This document shows, piece by piece, positions 39,480 to 52,487 of a stretch of DNA of 64,000 nucleotides; the stretch's first letter is position 1, and every line of letters begins with the position of its first letter. The stretch spans positions 169,081,741-169,145,740 of the forward strand of contig CM041465.1 of NCBI GenBank assembly GCA_023213395.1, read 5' to 3'. The DNA is from Cycas panzhihuaensis (taxonomy: Eukaryota; Plantae; Cycadophyta). The notes below the pieces were generated by a model that was not told the DNA's origin, ran no database searches, and saw nothing but the letters and a program-made list of their open reading frames with translations. The position numbers and the translations under genes were made by a program.

Positions 39480-41000
39480 CCTTCATGGACAAATTGAAGT
39501 TGCCCCCAATGTGAGAAGCAAATTGCTCCCATTTGGTCAAGACATGGTCAGCCTAATAGGAGGTTGTACTCTACATTGATATTGATAGAAGCATCTTGTT
39601 GGCCAAGAGCTTCAAGAAGAAGAGCACATTCCTTAGGACAGCTTCTCAAGACATCCATCATGGACATCCCTACGGCCATAGTGTGAAGCTCATCAATGAT
39701 GCAAGAGGGGTTCCCCTTCATGGTAGGTTGAGGAACCAAACTTTAAAAATCATAACGACTGGGAAGTGGAGGGATCTCCGAAGGGGGAGTCTCCAAAGGA
39801 GGATTAAGATGAGGGGCAGAAGAGGAAGCGCCTGTTTCTTTTTTAGCTACTTGGGACTGAGTTAAGGCATACAACAATGTGGTTTCAGGCATTTGAATAA
39901 CTCTCTTTCCCTTGTTTCAGGAACGAGAGGGAGAAGGAGTATGGTGATCGGGAGAACCAAAAGAAGAGGAAGATTTCCTTACACCCTTCCATTTAGCTTA
40001 CAAAGGGTGAGGGTTTGGGGACCTTCCTCTATTTTAGTTATCCTTTTGTTGAGTGTTGCAATCGCATTCCCCATATTTGGGGAAAGGATCTTTATGGACA
40101 GGTTGGTCTAGGTTGGGCCTAGATGCCTGTTTAAGGGAAGAATCATTTTGTGGGGCAGCTTTAAGGTGTTGGGTCATATATTATAAATCTTCGTGAAAGC
40201 ATTCCCCATGAACTAAACACCACCTCTTCTCTAAGGAGGAATCTAACTTCTTCATTTGAGAAGACTAGGTATTACTACCATTAGGGGATGCAACTTAAGA
40301 AGCTTGGTGGACTAGTTTATGTGAAGTAGGTGATGAAAGGGATTGGAGTTTAAGCTCCTTTATGGTATGTTTGAAAGAATGTATAGCAGAGGTTAAGGGA
40401 TCTAAGGTCTTCTCTATTAGGTGAGAAGAAGACCTAGGAGGCTACTGGACTTTTATATGATGAGGTGGAAGAGGTGCCTCACACTGTTGTGAGGACCTAA
40501 GAGATTTCTTGAGACCCACTTGGATCTCAATCACCTCGAGGGCTAAGTACTTGGATATGGTGGAATCACATATTATCACCCCTATTTTGAGGACTTCAAT
40601 GTGGACTTCAGGGCAAAGGGTATTAACAATAAAATCTCTCTTTAACTCCTCAGGCAAGGTTGCCTTTGTGGAGTGGAGAAGGTCATGGAAGCATCTCATA
40701 AAGTCATGATTCATCTTATTATGACCTTGTTTAAGAGATAAGGCATCCTTTATCCCACTCTTGAAAGGATAAGCTACGTCAAAATAATTAACAAACTTGT
40801 CAACGAGCTATTGGAACGAATGAATAGAGTGTGCCAGAAGGCGATAAAACCATTTAAGGGTATCACCTTAGAGGGAATGTGGGAAAAGTTTCATCAAGAT
40901 GTGGTCATATACCTAATAATTAATGCATGCCATTGAGAACAAATTTGGGAACCTTGGGAGGGTGAGGTGGTAAGTTAGTTCTTAGCACCTCAGTGGATAG
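39480..41000 (-). pseudogene. gag and internally deleted protease of inner Tat-like element
   Basis: KLFPHSL*GDTLKWFYRLL..SIHSFQ gag core; VGMSMMDVL joined directly to YNLLLG*PCLDQMG, with the catalytic DxG segment missing. Confidence 0.8.
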
Positions 41001-42383
41001 AGGAGTTAACCTATAATCCACAAAGGGGTGTGCCCTTGGTTGGACCATAGGATCAACAAAAGGTGGAGGAGGAAGTGGACAAGGTTGCATGAATCCTTCC
41101 TAGGAGATCTAGTTCTAAAGAGGATATGAACTCCCTCTCATTTGGTGATGAGAAGCTAATCTCACATTCAAGGGAATTGGTAGAGGAGTAGATGGGTACA
41201 AGGGACCCATCCCCCCTTATGGGTACACTCCTTATTGGAAAGGAGCTTGAGAAATAGCACCTTAGGAGGGGGCTTGCCCTCCTTGCAAAGGTGTAACATG
41301 AGAGATGACGTAAGAGGATGGAATGAAAGAGTGTGGAACTAGGTTTTTCCCATATGGGCTAACCGTAGGTGGTGTGACCCCATATGGGGGCAAAGGATCC
41401 ACCCCATAGACTGGAAGAGGGTTTCCTTTACCATGCCCCCACTATTGAGAAGTATAACCTAGAGACACATAAAGGGAAGGATCCCTAAGTTAAGCTTGGG
41501 AATATATGGGGTCAGGCCCCACACAACTAGAAGTAGGGGTGGATGTGAGTCCCCTAGATCTAACAGGAGGTGGATATACTATGGTTGGTGGAGGTGCAGT
41601 TATTTAACTAGAGGGAGGTATACTCAACCCAAGTTGGGAAGAGGACATGCCTTGGGTGGTCCCTAAAGAACATGGATCACAAGGGGAGGAAGATGTAATA
41701 AGGGACATCCTCGTTGAAGGTAATGGAGTTAAATGTGATGGGCGAGGTAGAGTGGATATGGAAGAAGAAAGTGCTAGGCTTTGCAAGATGTTATCCAACC
41801 ACTTAGGATGTGATTGGAGGCTAGCAGCTTAGAAGCACTAGTTGAGGGCTTCCATAACATCCACAAGAGGGGTACTCGCTTGATCATAAGAGATGGAAGG
41901 GTCCTCATATGAAGTGAATCCCATGGAGCGATCTTCATAGGAATCACCACCAAGGTGGTGGAACTCTAGGGGAGAAGAGGCCTCCACTTCATGAGTGGAT
42001 AGGTGATGGACTTGTGGGTCTTCTCAATTACCCAGGTAAAAGATAGGGTCATCGTATTCTTGGGTGGCCCCTTGGAAAGAAGTGGATGGCTCATGAGACT
42101 CAGAGACATAGGCATGATATGCCTAATCTGAATGGAATCCTTCCATGGTTAAATCAAAATTTGATGAAGGAAGGGGATGATAAGAGGAGTCTTCCAATAA
42201 AGGAGGAAGGCCTTATAAGCAACAAGAGAATCATCACATACAAGTTTCTCCTAAAGTTTGGAAGAAAAAGAGATGATATGGTAAGTGTTGGGGGTTGCCT
42301 AATAAATCAAGGAGAGCTATCAGAAAGGAGGTAGCACTAACAAAAAGGGATAGAGGATTAATCCCTTACTAGCAGGTCACCAG

Positions 42384-45300
42384 TGGAATCACACCTCTAG
42401 GGGGTTTTTAAACTTGGATAAGATCAAGTTGAACAATAAATGGTTTTGGTGGCTATGGACCTATGATGGAAAGTGAAAGAAATCACCCACAAAGGGCATC
42501 CGTACATCAAAATGCAAGTTCGGGACCTACAAATGGCGCATAAACTCCTTTGAGGTAACTCTTCCTCAATTTGGAGTGGTGGATAGATGAGGGATCTCCT
42601 CGGTTTCTCGAGTAACCTTAAAATGGGCCCTTCTATCCTTGGATGGCCAAAGGAAGGAGGAAAGAGATGATGGAATAGCTCCTCATATGAAGGGGTTATG
42701 AAGGGGATGCCCTTTAGCAAGAAAAGGGGAAGAACACATGCGTAAGCCTAAAGTGGCTTGCAATGTGAGTGTTCAAGATATTGGCTAGTTTCATAAGCTA
42801 GGCATTGACCTAAAGGCCAAACTAGGGAGGTCTAGCCTAAAGAAAGAGAAAAGGTAAAGCAAATGACCTTAAGAGGGGGTGCTCTTAAGGTGCCAAACCT
42901 AAGGAGGATTCTAGGAGTGGTGAGTCAACAAAAAGGTTGTCTTTATGTTTGTCTTTGTTTTGTATATGATAAAGAAATGCAAAGTGAGAGTGTGGTATTT
43001 ATGGTATTATCATGTGTTTATGTTCAAAAGAAATTGCTTTTTAAGGAAAGAAAGTAATACAAATCTCTCTCTCTCTTTTACTTATGCATGCAAATTCACT
43101 CTCTTTGCCTTTTTAAATGCAAGAAGGGAAGATCAAAGAGATTACTATATGACACGAATCTCATCCAAAGAGTGTAAAGTTCCTAGGTGAAGATGCAATG
43201 GAATGGGGAGAGGCATGTGCATGTAAGTGCCTAGATTTACCTTATATAAGCTTTGCAAAAAACAAGCAAGCAAAGTGTAAGAGACCCAAACCAATCTTTT
43301 TCTTTCTTTTTTTCCCAAATGATATTCAAAAGAAGGGAAAAGAGTAAGGGAAAAGGTTAGGAAAAGAGAGGCACACACAGAATGCAGTGACCGAAGTAAT
43401 GTTACCCTCACCACGCTCGCGACCGTCGCCCCTCTCCTAACCACAGATAGCGCAACGGAAGGAGTGTCGGCAAAGAAGGGGGCTTCCTTACCTTCCTCTG
43501 AAATCAAAAGGAAAAGAGGAAATGTAGCATAAGGGAATGTAAAGACTATTGCAACTCCACTTTACAACTTTAAGAGTGAAAGAAAGTGACTATTGGAAGG
43601 AGGGGAATGTAGCTAGGATGAAGTTCCCTTCTTCTCCAAGTGCAGAAGAAAACTTGCAACCAAATAAGGTTTGCCCTTTCCTAAGGGGTACCAAACATAT
43701 GTGGAATAGATATACAAGAGAGAAAGTGATAAGATATGACTATCTTAATTAAAAGAAATATATTCAATATCAATACCACTCCTTGTGCTTCATATGTTGT
43801 TTAGTATGCAATATGGGAAAGGGGAGAAAAAGAAAAAGGAAGAACAGTTAGCCTTGGAATGGCTAACCCTCCAAATCAAAGGTGCTCCATGCTTCCCCCA
43901 AGTACTAGGATAAAGGGGAAACAAATGCAAGCAAGCTTCTAAGAATATAAGTAAAGATAATAAGAAATGTTGCAAAGGTTACCAATATTACAAAAGTTTC
44001 AACATGCAACTTTTACAAGTTTTGCAAATTTTAAAACCAAGGGACAAAAGAATATGGAGTGGGGGTTGAAACCCCACCTATGTAGGATCTGCTATGCTAG
44101 TTGCAAGCACATCAATGGGCTACCTACATTGCCACCAGCAAGGATCTATTCCCTAATAGCCCGTTGGGAACTCAAGGGAGGTATGGAGAAGGGAGAGGTA
44201 AGAAGAGAAGGGAGCTACCCTTGAGGAGAAGGCACGTTAGGTGCATGACCCTACCTTTAGCTCCTTTCACTCCCTGTGGATACCTATGCCTTGCTACCTC
44301 CTTAAAGAAACCAGGAAGGGGCTAAAAGAAGGAGAAGATAGGCAAAAAATGGGAGGGTTTTCCCCCCATTACAATAGAAAGGAAGGGAAAGTTGTTACAA
44401 GAAAGTATTGGAAAATAGTATTTATGTTGCTCAATGAAAAGAAGCAAAAGATTGACTTAGAGATACCTATTATAAGTAGATCTGAGGTAGATCTACCTAT
44501 GAAGTCAGATGGAGAAAGTAAATCCTATGGGGTTTATAGGAGAAAAACCTAATGATGTAGTAAGTAGGAACAAAACTGGAGCAAGAAAGATAGCTAGAAC
44601 TTGATGGAGCATTTGGAACATGATCTTCTCTTGGCTAGCCACGTTGCAGGCCTATAATCATGTGTTTAGAGCTGCACAAGGCTAGTAACTAGCTGAGAAG
44701 CAGGTATAGCAGAGTTGATACTATTTGTAGGGAATTTTTGGAGGAGATAGTAGAAATAATAAGTGAGAGAGAGATGAAATGAGGGTGTTTTTTGGTTTTT
44801 AAACCCAACCCTAGCTCAATCGAATGATTAGGGTTTGGTTAGACTAAAAAGAACTCACTGTCATGTTGCAATTTCGTAATAAATAAGAAATTAGCCATGG
44901 CAAATAAAAAAATTATTGTGGGACACTTGCTCCACGGTAAACTTAGTGGTACCATAAAGTTTGCAGCAGTACCATGAAGTTTAACGCGAAGTGGTAGAAA
45001 TAAAGGAAAAAAGATAAAAGGGGAGCCTGGAAGCTCCAAAAAGAGGGGAAACTTAGGCCTAAGGAGGCATGATACTGTATCCAAATGGAAAAAGGGGTTG
45101 TGGGGCTTAGAGAGGCCATAATGAGTAAACAATAAAGGCAAAAGGTTCCCTAAAAAAGACAACAAGGGGACGCAGCGTGACAACCAAGCCTAGGTGGGCT
45201 GCTAGGGGTCATGTTGTGCCAGCAGGTGATGCAATATGGGCTACGAAATCTAAATGTTACTTGGGGATTTTATGGAGACATGGAGGAGGGTTATAGAGCA

Positions 45301-45523
45301 CCATGGGATAAGTATCCCTAGATCATCATAGGCTAAAAAGTGTTAGGATGTAATATGGTCAAGCAGTGGATACATAGTGGTCATGCAGTAAATCAATCAT
45401 CATGTAATATAGGTGAAGTGCTTCAATCTACCTTTTCTAGAACTGATAAAGGTAAGGGATAAAAGCATACCTGTACTTACCTGAGTCGACTCACCCATGT
45501 CCATTCCTGGTAGTCAGGAAACA
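42384..45523 (-). repeat. 5' LTR of inner Tat-like element
   Basis: Colinear with 23844-26935; followed by TSD ACAAC. Confidence 0.93.
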
Positions 45524-45560
45524 ACAACCCATAAATTAAACATCATATTCCAAAAATGTC

Positions 45561-46426
45561 TCCATAGCCTTTGGTACAATGGGGTTTAGACCTAATTGGG
45601 GCAATTATACCACTATCTTCCTCATAGTACAAGTTCATCTTGACTACAACAAAGTATTTTATTAAGTGTGCGAAGTAAATACCTCTATCCTTGACCATAG
45701 GAAAAGTTATTGATACATTTATCTTCCAACATATCTTGTTATTTTGGGATCCTAGATATCTTGATTACAATCAATTGAACCCCATTCTATAACAAGGAGA
45801 TGGATGAACTAGGTGACAAATTCCATATCACTTATAAGACCTCATCACCCTATTACCCTTAGGAAAATTGAAAAATCAAGGCATTTAATAAAACATTGAT
45901 ATCTATCTTGAAGAAAATAGTATCAAAGTTCCAATGGGACTAATACATCCAACTATACCCCACCCTATGGGCCTATTGAATGTCCATTTAGGGTACCATG
46001 GGTATGATACCTTTCTCCATTATATACAAGTCAGAAGCAGTCCTTCCACCTAAAATAGAGATCCCCTCTCTAAGGGTGTTAATAAAGGATTTTACTCATG
46101 AAGAATGGTACCAACAAGCATGCCTTTTAGACTTAGATGCCTTGGATGAAACTTATCTTATTGCATATCAAAATAATCTCACTTCTAAGGCCAAGACTTA
46201 GAAGGCCCACAATAAGTACTTGTGACCTTATGAGTTTGTCCTTAGAGACAAGGTCCTTAAACTTTAGTATTTACATGATTATCAACCTAAATTTGCCCTT
46301 AAATGGGTAGGGCCATTTGTGGTCCTAGAAGATTTATCCAATGGTGCTTATTACATTGCCACTCTTAAGGGTCTTGGATTTAAGAAATCTATCAATAGGC
46401 AAATTTTTAAGAAATATTACATCTAA
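45561..46426 (+). pseudogene. Integrase core and C-terminus of outer Tat-like element
   Basis: TSSPYYP, AFNKTLISILKK, LWAY, PFSIIYKSEAVLPPKIEIPSLRV, KFALKWVGPFVV, KKYYI*. Confidence 0.9.
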
Positions 46427-46826
46427 TCACAATTACATTTACTTTAAAATGGTCTTAAACTATGCATTCTTCACCATGAGTCTAAAATTGGGAATCCCTC
46501 TAAGTCTTTGGTCACTAATGAGGTAAAAATATAGTGATCAGCCTTAGTAGGTACAACGTAAAAATCCTTCCTGAATATATCATTGAAGAGGTTAAACTAT
46601 GATGATCAAATCATTTTAATTGTTTGATGTTTACCATGGCAAATAAATGACTCATGCCTATTAAAACATTCTATGTTCTATCATCTATTTTTCTTGGGAA
46701 ACCCCTGGGGAGAATTACACTCCTCTATGTGTATAAATTAGGATCCATACTCTATCATGAGTATAAATTATCACCTATTTATATTATCCTAAAAAGTAAA
46801 ATTACTAAAACTATAAAAACTGAAAG

Positions 46827-46847
46827 TATATATATATATATATATAT
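46827..46847. repeat. (TA)n microsatellite
   Basis: Direct reading. Confidence 0.95.
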
Positions 46848-48119
46848 GTCTATGGACATATGTCTACTCCATTTTTAAAATTAAGAATAAACTATTTTTG
46901 TTTTTTAGTATGTTGTGTGCATCGTAAGCCTTCTATGTGACTAAGCAAAAGTTGCATATATAATAAAAAATGCTAAACAGAGTGGCACGGATCTCAAACA
47001 TGATATATACCACAATATGGGAGCTCAAATTAATATCTTAATTTAAAGGATGTAAGTACATCATGTAAAGGGAGTTGGTCCTCTCACAAGGATGTGCAAA
47101 AGCTTAAATGAGAAAGTAAAAATACATACCTTGACTCTCATGAAGCTAGCTTGCATATCCTAAAAAATCAAATAATACATATACATATGGATGATCCTCC
47201 CCTTTCCATCACTCTTATGGAGGTGTCTCCAAGTTATCTATAGGACTCACTACTTATGGATGTCTTGGGGGTCCAATTTCACTTGCCTCACCTATACTCA
47301 CTCCTCTACTTTGTGGTAACCTATGTCCTTATATAAGAGTGAGAGGACCTCCCCATTACTTACTCTACTAGTCTCTCATAGGTTAGTTGTCCCTAATCAC
47401 TCTCTATAGCCATTGATACTAGATATGAAGTTATAAAGGCCAACTACATCTATAATATTGTAATCTAAGACTTTATGCTCAACACAACCTATAATGAAGC
47501 CATAATTATAGGTGTTAACATAACTTATAATGATTATCTACCTTATGCCACCATTTGGACCATCATCACCTATAGTTAGGTGATGGTCATGTCCCTCTAG
47601 GTGATCCCTATGTATAACTCTCTTCACTTTACCCCCCACATAATGATGGATCTAACCATAGTGGCATATGTCATTATGCAAGGTAATATAATCAAAGGCT
47701 CACTTGTGTCTATAATAGGAGGTTGCCCTTCCTTATATACCATGGTAAATATAGAGTCTAAGACCTAGTAAGTGAAGTTAGGCATGTATCCTCCTCTTAC
47801 AACATATAAACAACAATAAAATTAGTAACTAAAGGAGCTATAAAGGTGATAATAGTAAAGAAATTAAGAGCAAACTAAATTTGTAAAAGAAAGGAATTAG
47901 GGATAGAGTTATACCATCCACTCCACCCTCTTCATCATTGCCCTACCTAGAGCCTCCTTCTCATTCTACTCTACCACCCTTAGGACCTCCCTCAGGTACT
48001 ACAACCACCATAGCCTATGTTAGTCACCACTTGCTCCACCGCCACCTTTTAATGGCATTGCCTCCTCCTCTATGTCAAAGTCCCAATGCAACCCTAGTGA
48101 AGGGGCCATTAATGTATCC

Positions 48120-48830
48120 ATCCATCTATACAATAGTTATGGACTTGACAAACACTCCCTTACTAACTTACTCCCCTGCTCTAAGGCTTTAAAATCTCAA
48201 AGACCATATATGAACTAATACCTCCCCTCTGTCAACTACTTATAGCCCTCCCCTTAGTCCCACACCATGAAAGAGGTTAGAGAACTGACATTGTAAGATA
48301 GTTCAGTAGGAAAACGTACCATGTCCTACCATCTAAATATGATCAAACTAAGTCTACATATTGACCATTATCAAAGTGGCCTAACAAAGCAACTCTCTTC
48401 TCTCGTAGTATTAACCAACAACTATCCAACCATCAAGAAACTACATGACTTTTAACCGGTGAGTAATCTTAAAGAGGATAGCACAAACTATAATATTTTG
48501 TACCAAAGAAAATCCTAAAGCTAATAAATCTCCCAAATTCCCTCTATGGTGATTCCATTAGCCTCTATGATAGAAAAATCTAGTAACTATTACATGTGCC
48601 CTATCATTATTGGAAAAGGTTCTAGCTCAAGGGGTGGTCCTACACATAGAACCCTCAATATCCTCCTCACATCTTGAGGAGTCACTCAAATATTATCCAC
48701 CATTAGTATATGGAACACCTTCTACCTCTTATACCATCAAGTTATAATATCAATCAGAAGCATTTAGTCAAACACATACTAATAAGATGACACCAATCTT
48801 AGTAGTCTGCATCATGCCAAACTATCATAA
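48120..48830 (-). pseudogene. PMD remnant, antisense to outer Tat pol
   Basis: CRLLRLV...LIDIIT*WYKR*KVFHILMVDNI*VTPQDVRRILRV and QRGG align with the PMD at 36140-36800. Confidence 0.7.
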
Positions 48831-50169
48831 GTCCTATCATCTAGTCCCTTAGTACGTATAAGCATAATCGAGTCAATATTCTCATAATTTGTTACCATAA
48901 TAACACAATGCCAAAAATAAAGTTAAAAATAATCTATGTAAATTCATAGAATCATTTTAAAAAAATAAATTTTAAGGTCATTTATGTCCATCTCATGAAG
49001 AATAATGCCATGTGCCATTATGATTTTGGTTGTAAACCCATATCATAAATCACTTCATAGCCCCATGAAGTAACTTCACAGTGCCATAGAGTTCTACGTT
49101 TTCATGGCATTATGAGGAACTTCATAGTACCATGATCTATAATAGACCCATACCAAGAGGTTTCATACAGCCCTCAAAAAGAGAAAAAATTATTAAAAAT
49201 TTAACCTTTCTCTCAAAAATAGTCCATTCAGATCAATTGAGGCATAGAATTGCCTTAGTCTTGCCTTGAATGGGGGTCCAATTAGACCCCATTTGGCTAA
49301 AATCTAAGGAAATGGGGATAAACCCCTAAAATTGCTAGAAATGATAAAAGCATAAATTAAAATATATCTATGAGTTTAGGCTTACTAGGTCTATTAGTTG
49401 TTGATCCATGAAGTTATTACACATTTAATGAGTATTATCATTCCTTGATTTAAGTTATAGTTTTCCCATAGTGATGGTCAAAGTGTCTAAGGGTAAAAAC
49501 CCTATGTTTTATAATTTACTAAATCTCAAAAAATGAAAATAAAATGGAAAATAATAAAAACCATTTTTTATAATCATCATAACTAGATTTTGATGCATTA
49601 GTTTTCCTCTCTATTAGTCTCATTAGATCTTATTTTTTACAAACTTGCACCTTATATATGGAGTTTTACCATTGTTACAACCTATTTTTAGTGCACCAAG
49701 GTTTAAAATACCCTGAAAATGGCCATTGATCATTGTCATTAATATACTCACTTTGTCAAACTTCACCCTAAGGTAATCCTCTATATTCCTATCATTGTTT
49801 ATAGTCTAAAGGCCCATTTCAAAGCACTAAACTCATATATGTACATCATACAAGACTATTTCAATGGGCAACACCTAGCACTCTTTATCTACATTAGCCT
49901 AAAAAGGCCCCAAGGAAACCCCTCATAAGTATGTTAGTGTTTAGAGTCAAAAGTCTTAGTTTTGAGACACCATTTAAATGCCACTACCCATTCATGAGTA
50001 TTTCTTACTATCCATCATTTTTCCCCAATAAGCTCTATGCTAAATACCTCCTTCAAGACTGTTCAAGCTATTGAATACCTCACAAAATGACCATTTTGGC
50101 CCCACATAACCCACATTCTAAGAAATGATCTACTAACATAATCATCTAATATACTCCCATGTAATAGTC

Positions 50170-50560
50170 TCATTTTATCCCTACCATAGTATATGCCTTA
50201 ACCTATTATGGAAACCCCTCCAAGGCCTCTTATTTTCTCATTTTCCTATCAAAAGGTGCTCACAGATAGCTCACACATACTACCCAAGTTCTTCCTCATG
50301 GTTTAATCCTTGTGGCCTTGTATTTAGGACCTTTTATGACCCTACTTTATTAAATCATGCTATTATTTTTAGTTGACTTAGTCCCTCATGAGTTGGATCA
50401 TCACCATGACATCTTTTTTAAACCTAAAAATAATAATTGTGCCCACCATGTCTTGACAAATGTGACATGATAACTGCAGTTAACTTGCCTTTTGAGGTTA
50501 GTTTTAGACTATTTTAGATGTGTCACTTAGAAATCAAGTTTAATTATGCTTACTTCACCA
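50170..50560 (+). pseudogene. Possible highly decayed aRH of outer element
   Basis: YYGNPSKAS...VALY...FRCVT at the position equivalent to the inner aRH; catalytic residues are not recognisable. Confidence 0.35.
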
Positions 50561-51539
50561 TGAACCTCATATAAAATATCATCTAATATGACTCCCTCGT
50601 AATTAAGGTAATCCCCCCCACCCCTAAAAAAAATATGTATATACATCAAAGAAAAACGAAAATAAGGAAATGCCAAAAGAAAATGTTGTATATTTGTACA
50701 TACAACTCTTACCACCTTCTTAGTATTTAGGGAAAGCTACATATTGGCTCCATTCCCACTTGTGATACATAGTTTGGGTCTTAACATGCTGGTTGTTTAA
50801 GACCTTTATATCTAATTATTTAGGTCCATTGTGGCCTCAATCATGATTAAATGTTGCTCAATACTTTAGGAGGTGAAATAGTACTCTTAGGAACTTGCCA
50901 TAACAATGATATTTAGTCACTCATAGGGTTCATTTTTAACATATTTGATAGATGAAGTTAAATCCACAAACTTGGAATCTAACCATATTGATTGAATTCA
51001 ACCCTTTTCCTAAATATATTGAGTCATCTCTAAGCTATCATTATATTCCCTATGGTATTAATCATTCACATTAATGGGGGAAGTTATGGGAGCCATGTTC
51101 CTTCTATTACAGCCTAGACCATTGAAGATCAAGTAAGACATGTCTTAACCCATACTAGAATCTATCTTCCTATAGCAACCAATAATTCTATTAAGTACAC
51201 TGTAATCATTAAAGCTCTCTCTAATATACTACAAGTCTACCATAGCCTCATCTTACTATTCTCTAACTCTCAACTAGTTGTTTGCTTGCTCACCCAAGTC
51301 TACTAAGCCTACTTCCCATAATTATATGCTCTCATTAATATAGCTAGGTCACTATCCTAGTTCTCATTTATAGTTGTGCAACATATTCTATAAGGATCAA
51401 GCACTAAAATTAATCAACTAGTTGCCTACATTCTCGAGTATCACTTACCACAAGTTAGAATTCCCTCTCTAGGCTTTCAAACCCATCAACGAAGTTGATC
51501 CCCAGATCTAACTTCCTCCTTGCATTTCTATTAAGTCTT

Positions 51540-52095
51540 TAAAATGAGGGTAAACTATTAGATACTCAAGTATGAGCTTAAACTTCCTTATGAATATATA
51601 AATATTAACCCTACTATGGATTTTTGAAAGGGGAAATTCACTGATATCATCCTTAGTTTGGTCATTTCTTAGTTATGTTATTTTAATTTCCTTACTTTGC
51701 CTAATATGTTTACTTTCTCAAAATTTGAATAAAATCTAAAAGAATTATAAATAAATTAAAAACTCTAATACACACACACATATAGATAAATAGATAGATG
51801 TAAAACCAAAAACTTAAAAAATAAAAACAAAAAATATCTCCTTGGTTTTGACATAAGCCTAAGTAGATCCACCTTTAAGGGGTAATTACCAAAGAGGAAA
51901 AACTATGGTGACAACCCTTAGCTCTAAGATAAGCTCAAACAACTCCTCCTTTGAAAGACACTTATTAATGAGGCTAAACTATGGTGACAACTTTTAGCTT
52001 CTAAGACCAACCCCTTTGGCTATTGAGGAAACCCCTTAAGCATCTAAGATAGCTCCAAAAATAATCACAAATGAGGATAAACTATGGTGAAATTT
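51540..52095 (+). repeat. Repeated PPT-like/LTR-start motif gagg..aaac|tatggtga
   Basis: Copies at ~51895, ~51971 and ~52074, with a related one at ~51545; the spacers differ. Confidence 0.65.
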
Positions 52096-52487
52096 CTTAT
52101 ATTCATTTAGGCTTTATTGTAGCCTCTAAGATCATCATTAGAATTAAACTATAGAGCTTGTCTCTACCCTATTTAATTGTAATAACCTAAAAAAGGTTCT
52201 ATAAAAGGATGGTCAAATAACTAGTATGTAGTAACCCTAACCCTTTTTTCCTTATTTTTAATAATTAAAGTTTATAAAAACTCTTATTAAACTTAAATAT
52301 TATATTATAGATGTTAGAAGTCATCTTTCAAAGAATGATACCCTCTTATTTTATAATAACTAGTATTACATCATGGATCATTAATATTTAGCCAGTATAA
52401 ATAAATAATAATTTGTAATTAACCAATATATGACTTGAATGATAATAAATGTAATGAAGTATTAAACATGCTTATAATAGACCATAA

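Larger units (their letters stand above)
23844..45523 (-). mobile_element. Tat-like Ty3/gypsy element with ~3.1-kb LTRs, lacking RT/RH/INT
   Basis: LTRs 23844-26935 / 42384-45523 (tggaatc...ggaaaca); perfect TSD ACAAC; PPT aagggggcag (minus) at 26936-26945; TGG-starting PBS-like site 42361-42382; gag, partial PR, PMD and aRH inside. Confidence 0.93.
20376..45555 (-). mobile_element. Non-autonomous LTR element carrying captured host-gene sequences (own length ~3.5 kb)
   Basis: 3' LTR 20376-20744; 5' LTR 23501-23843 + 45529-45555 (split by a nested element); TSD ATGTT/ATGTC; decayed Met PBS gttgtgacacca ~23487-23498; no gag/pol recognised in 20745-23500. Confidence 0.9.
2200..52095 (+). mobile_element. 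Outer, highly degenerate Ty3/gypsy non-chromovirus (Tat/Athila-like) element, split by nested insertions; ends approximate
   Basis: Removing the TSD-bounded inserts joins gag (8065-9100), protease (16600-17110), RT, RH and INT (19990-20375 + 45561-46426) colinearly on +. An antisense PMD and PPT-like repeats follow. Its LTRs are not resolved. Confidence 0.75.

Noticed and set aside
1537-52240. ggctactaca (1546) and tgtagtaacc (52227) as ends of one giant element's LTR pair
   Set aside because: No PBS after 1546, no PPT before 52227 and no alignable LTR sequence within the window.
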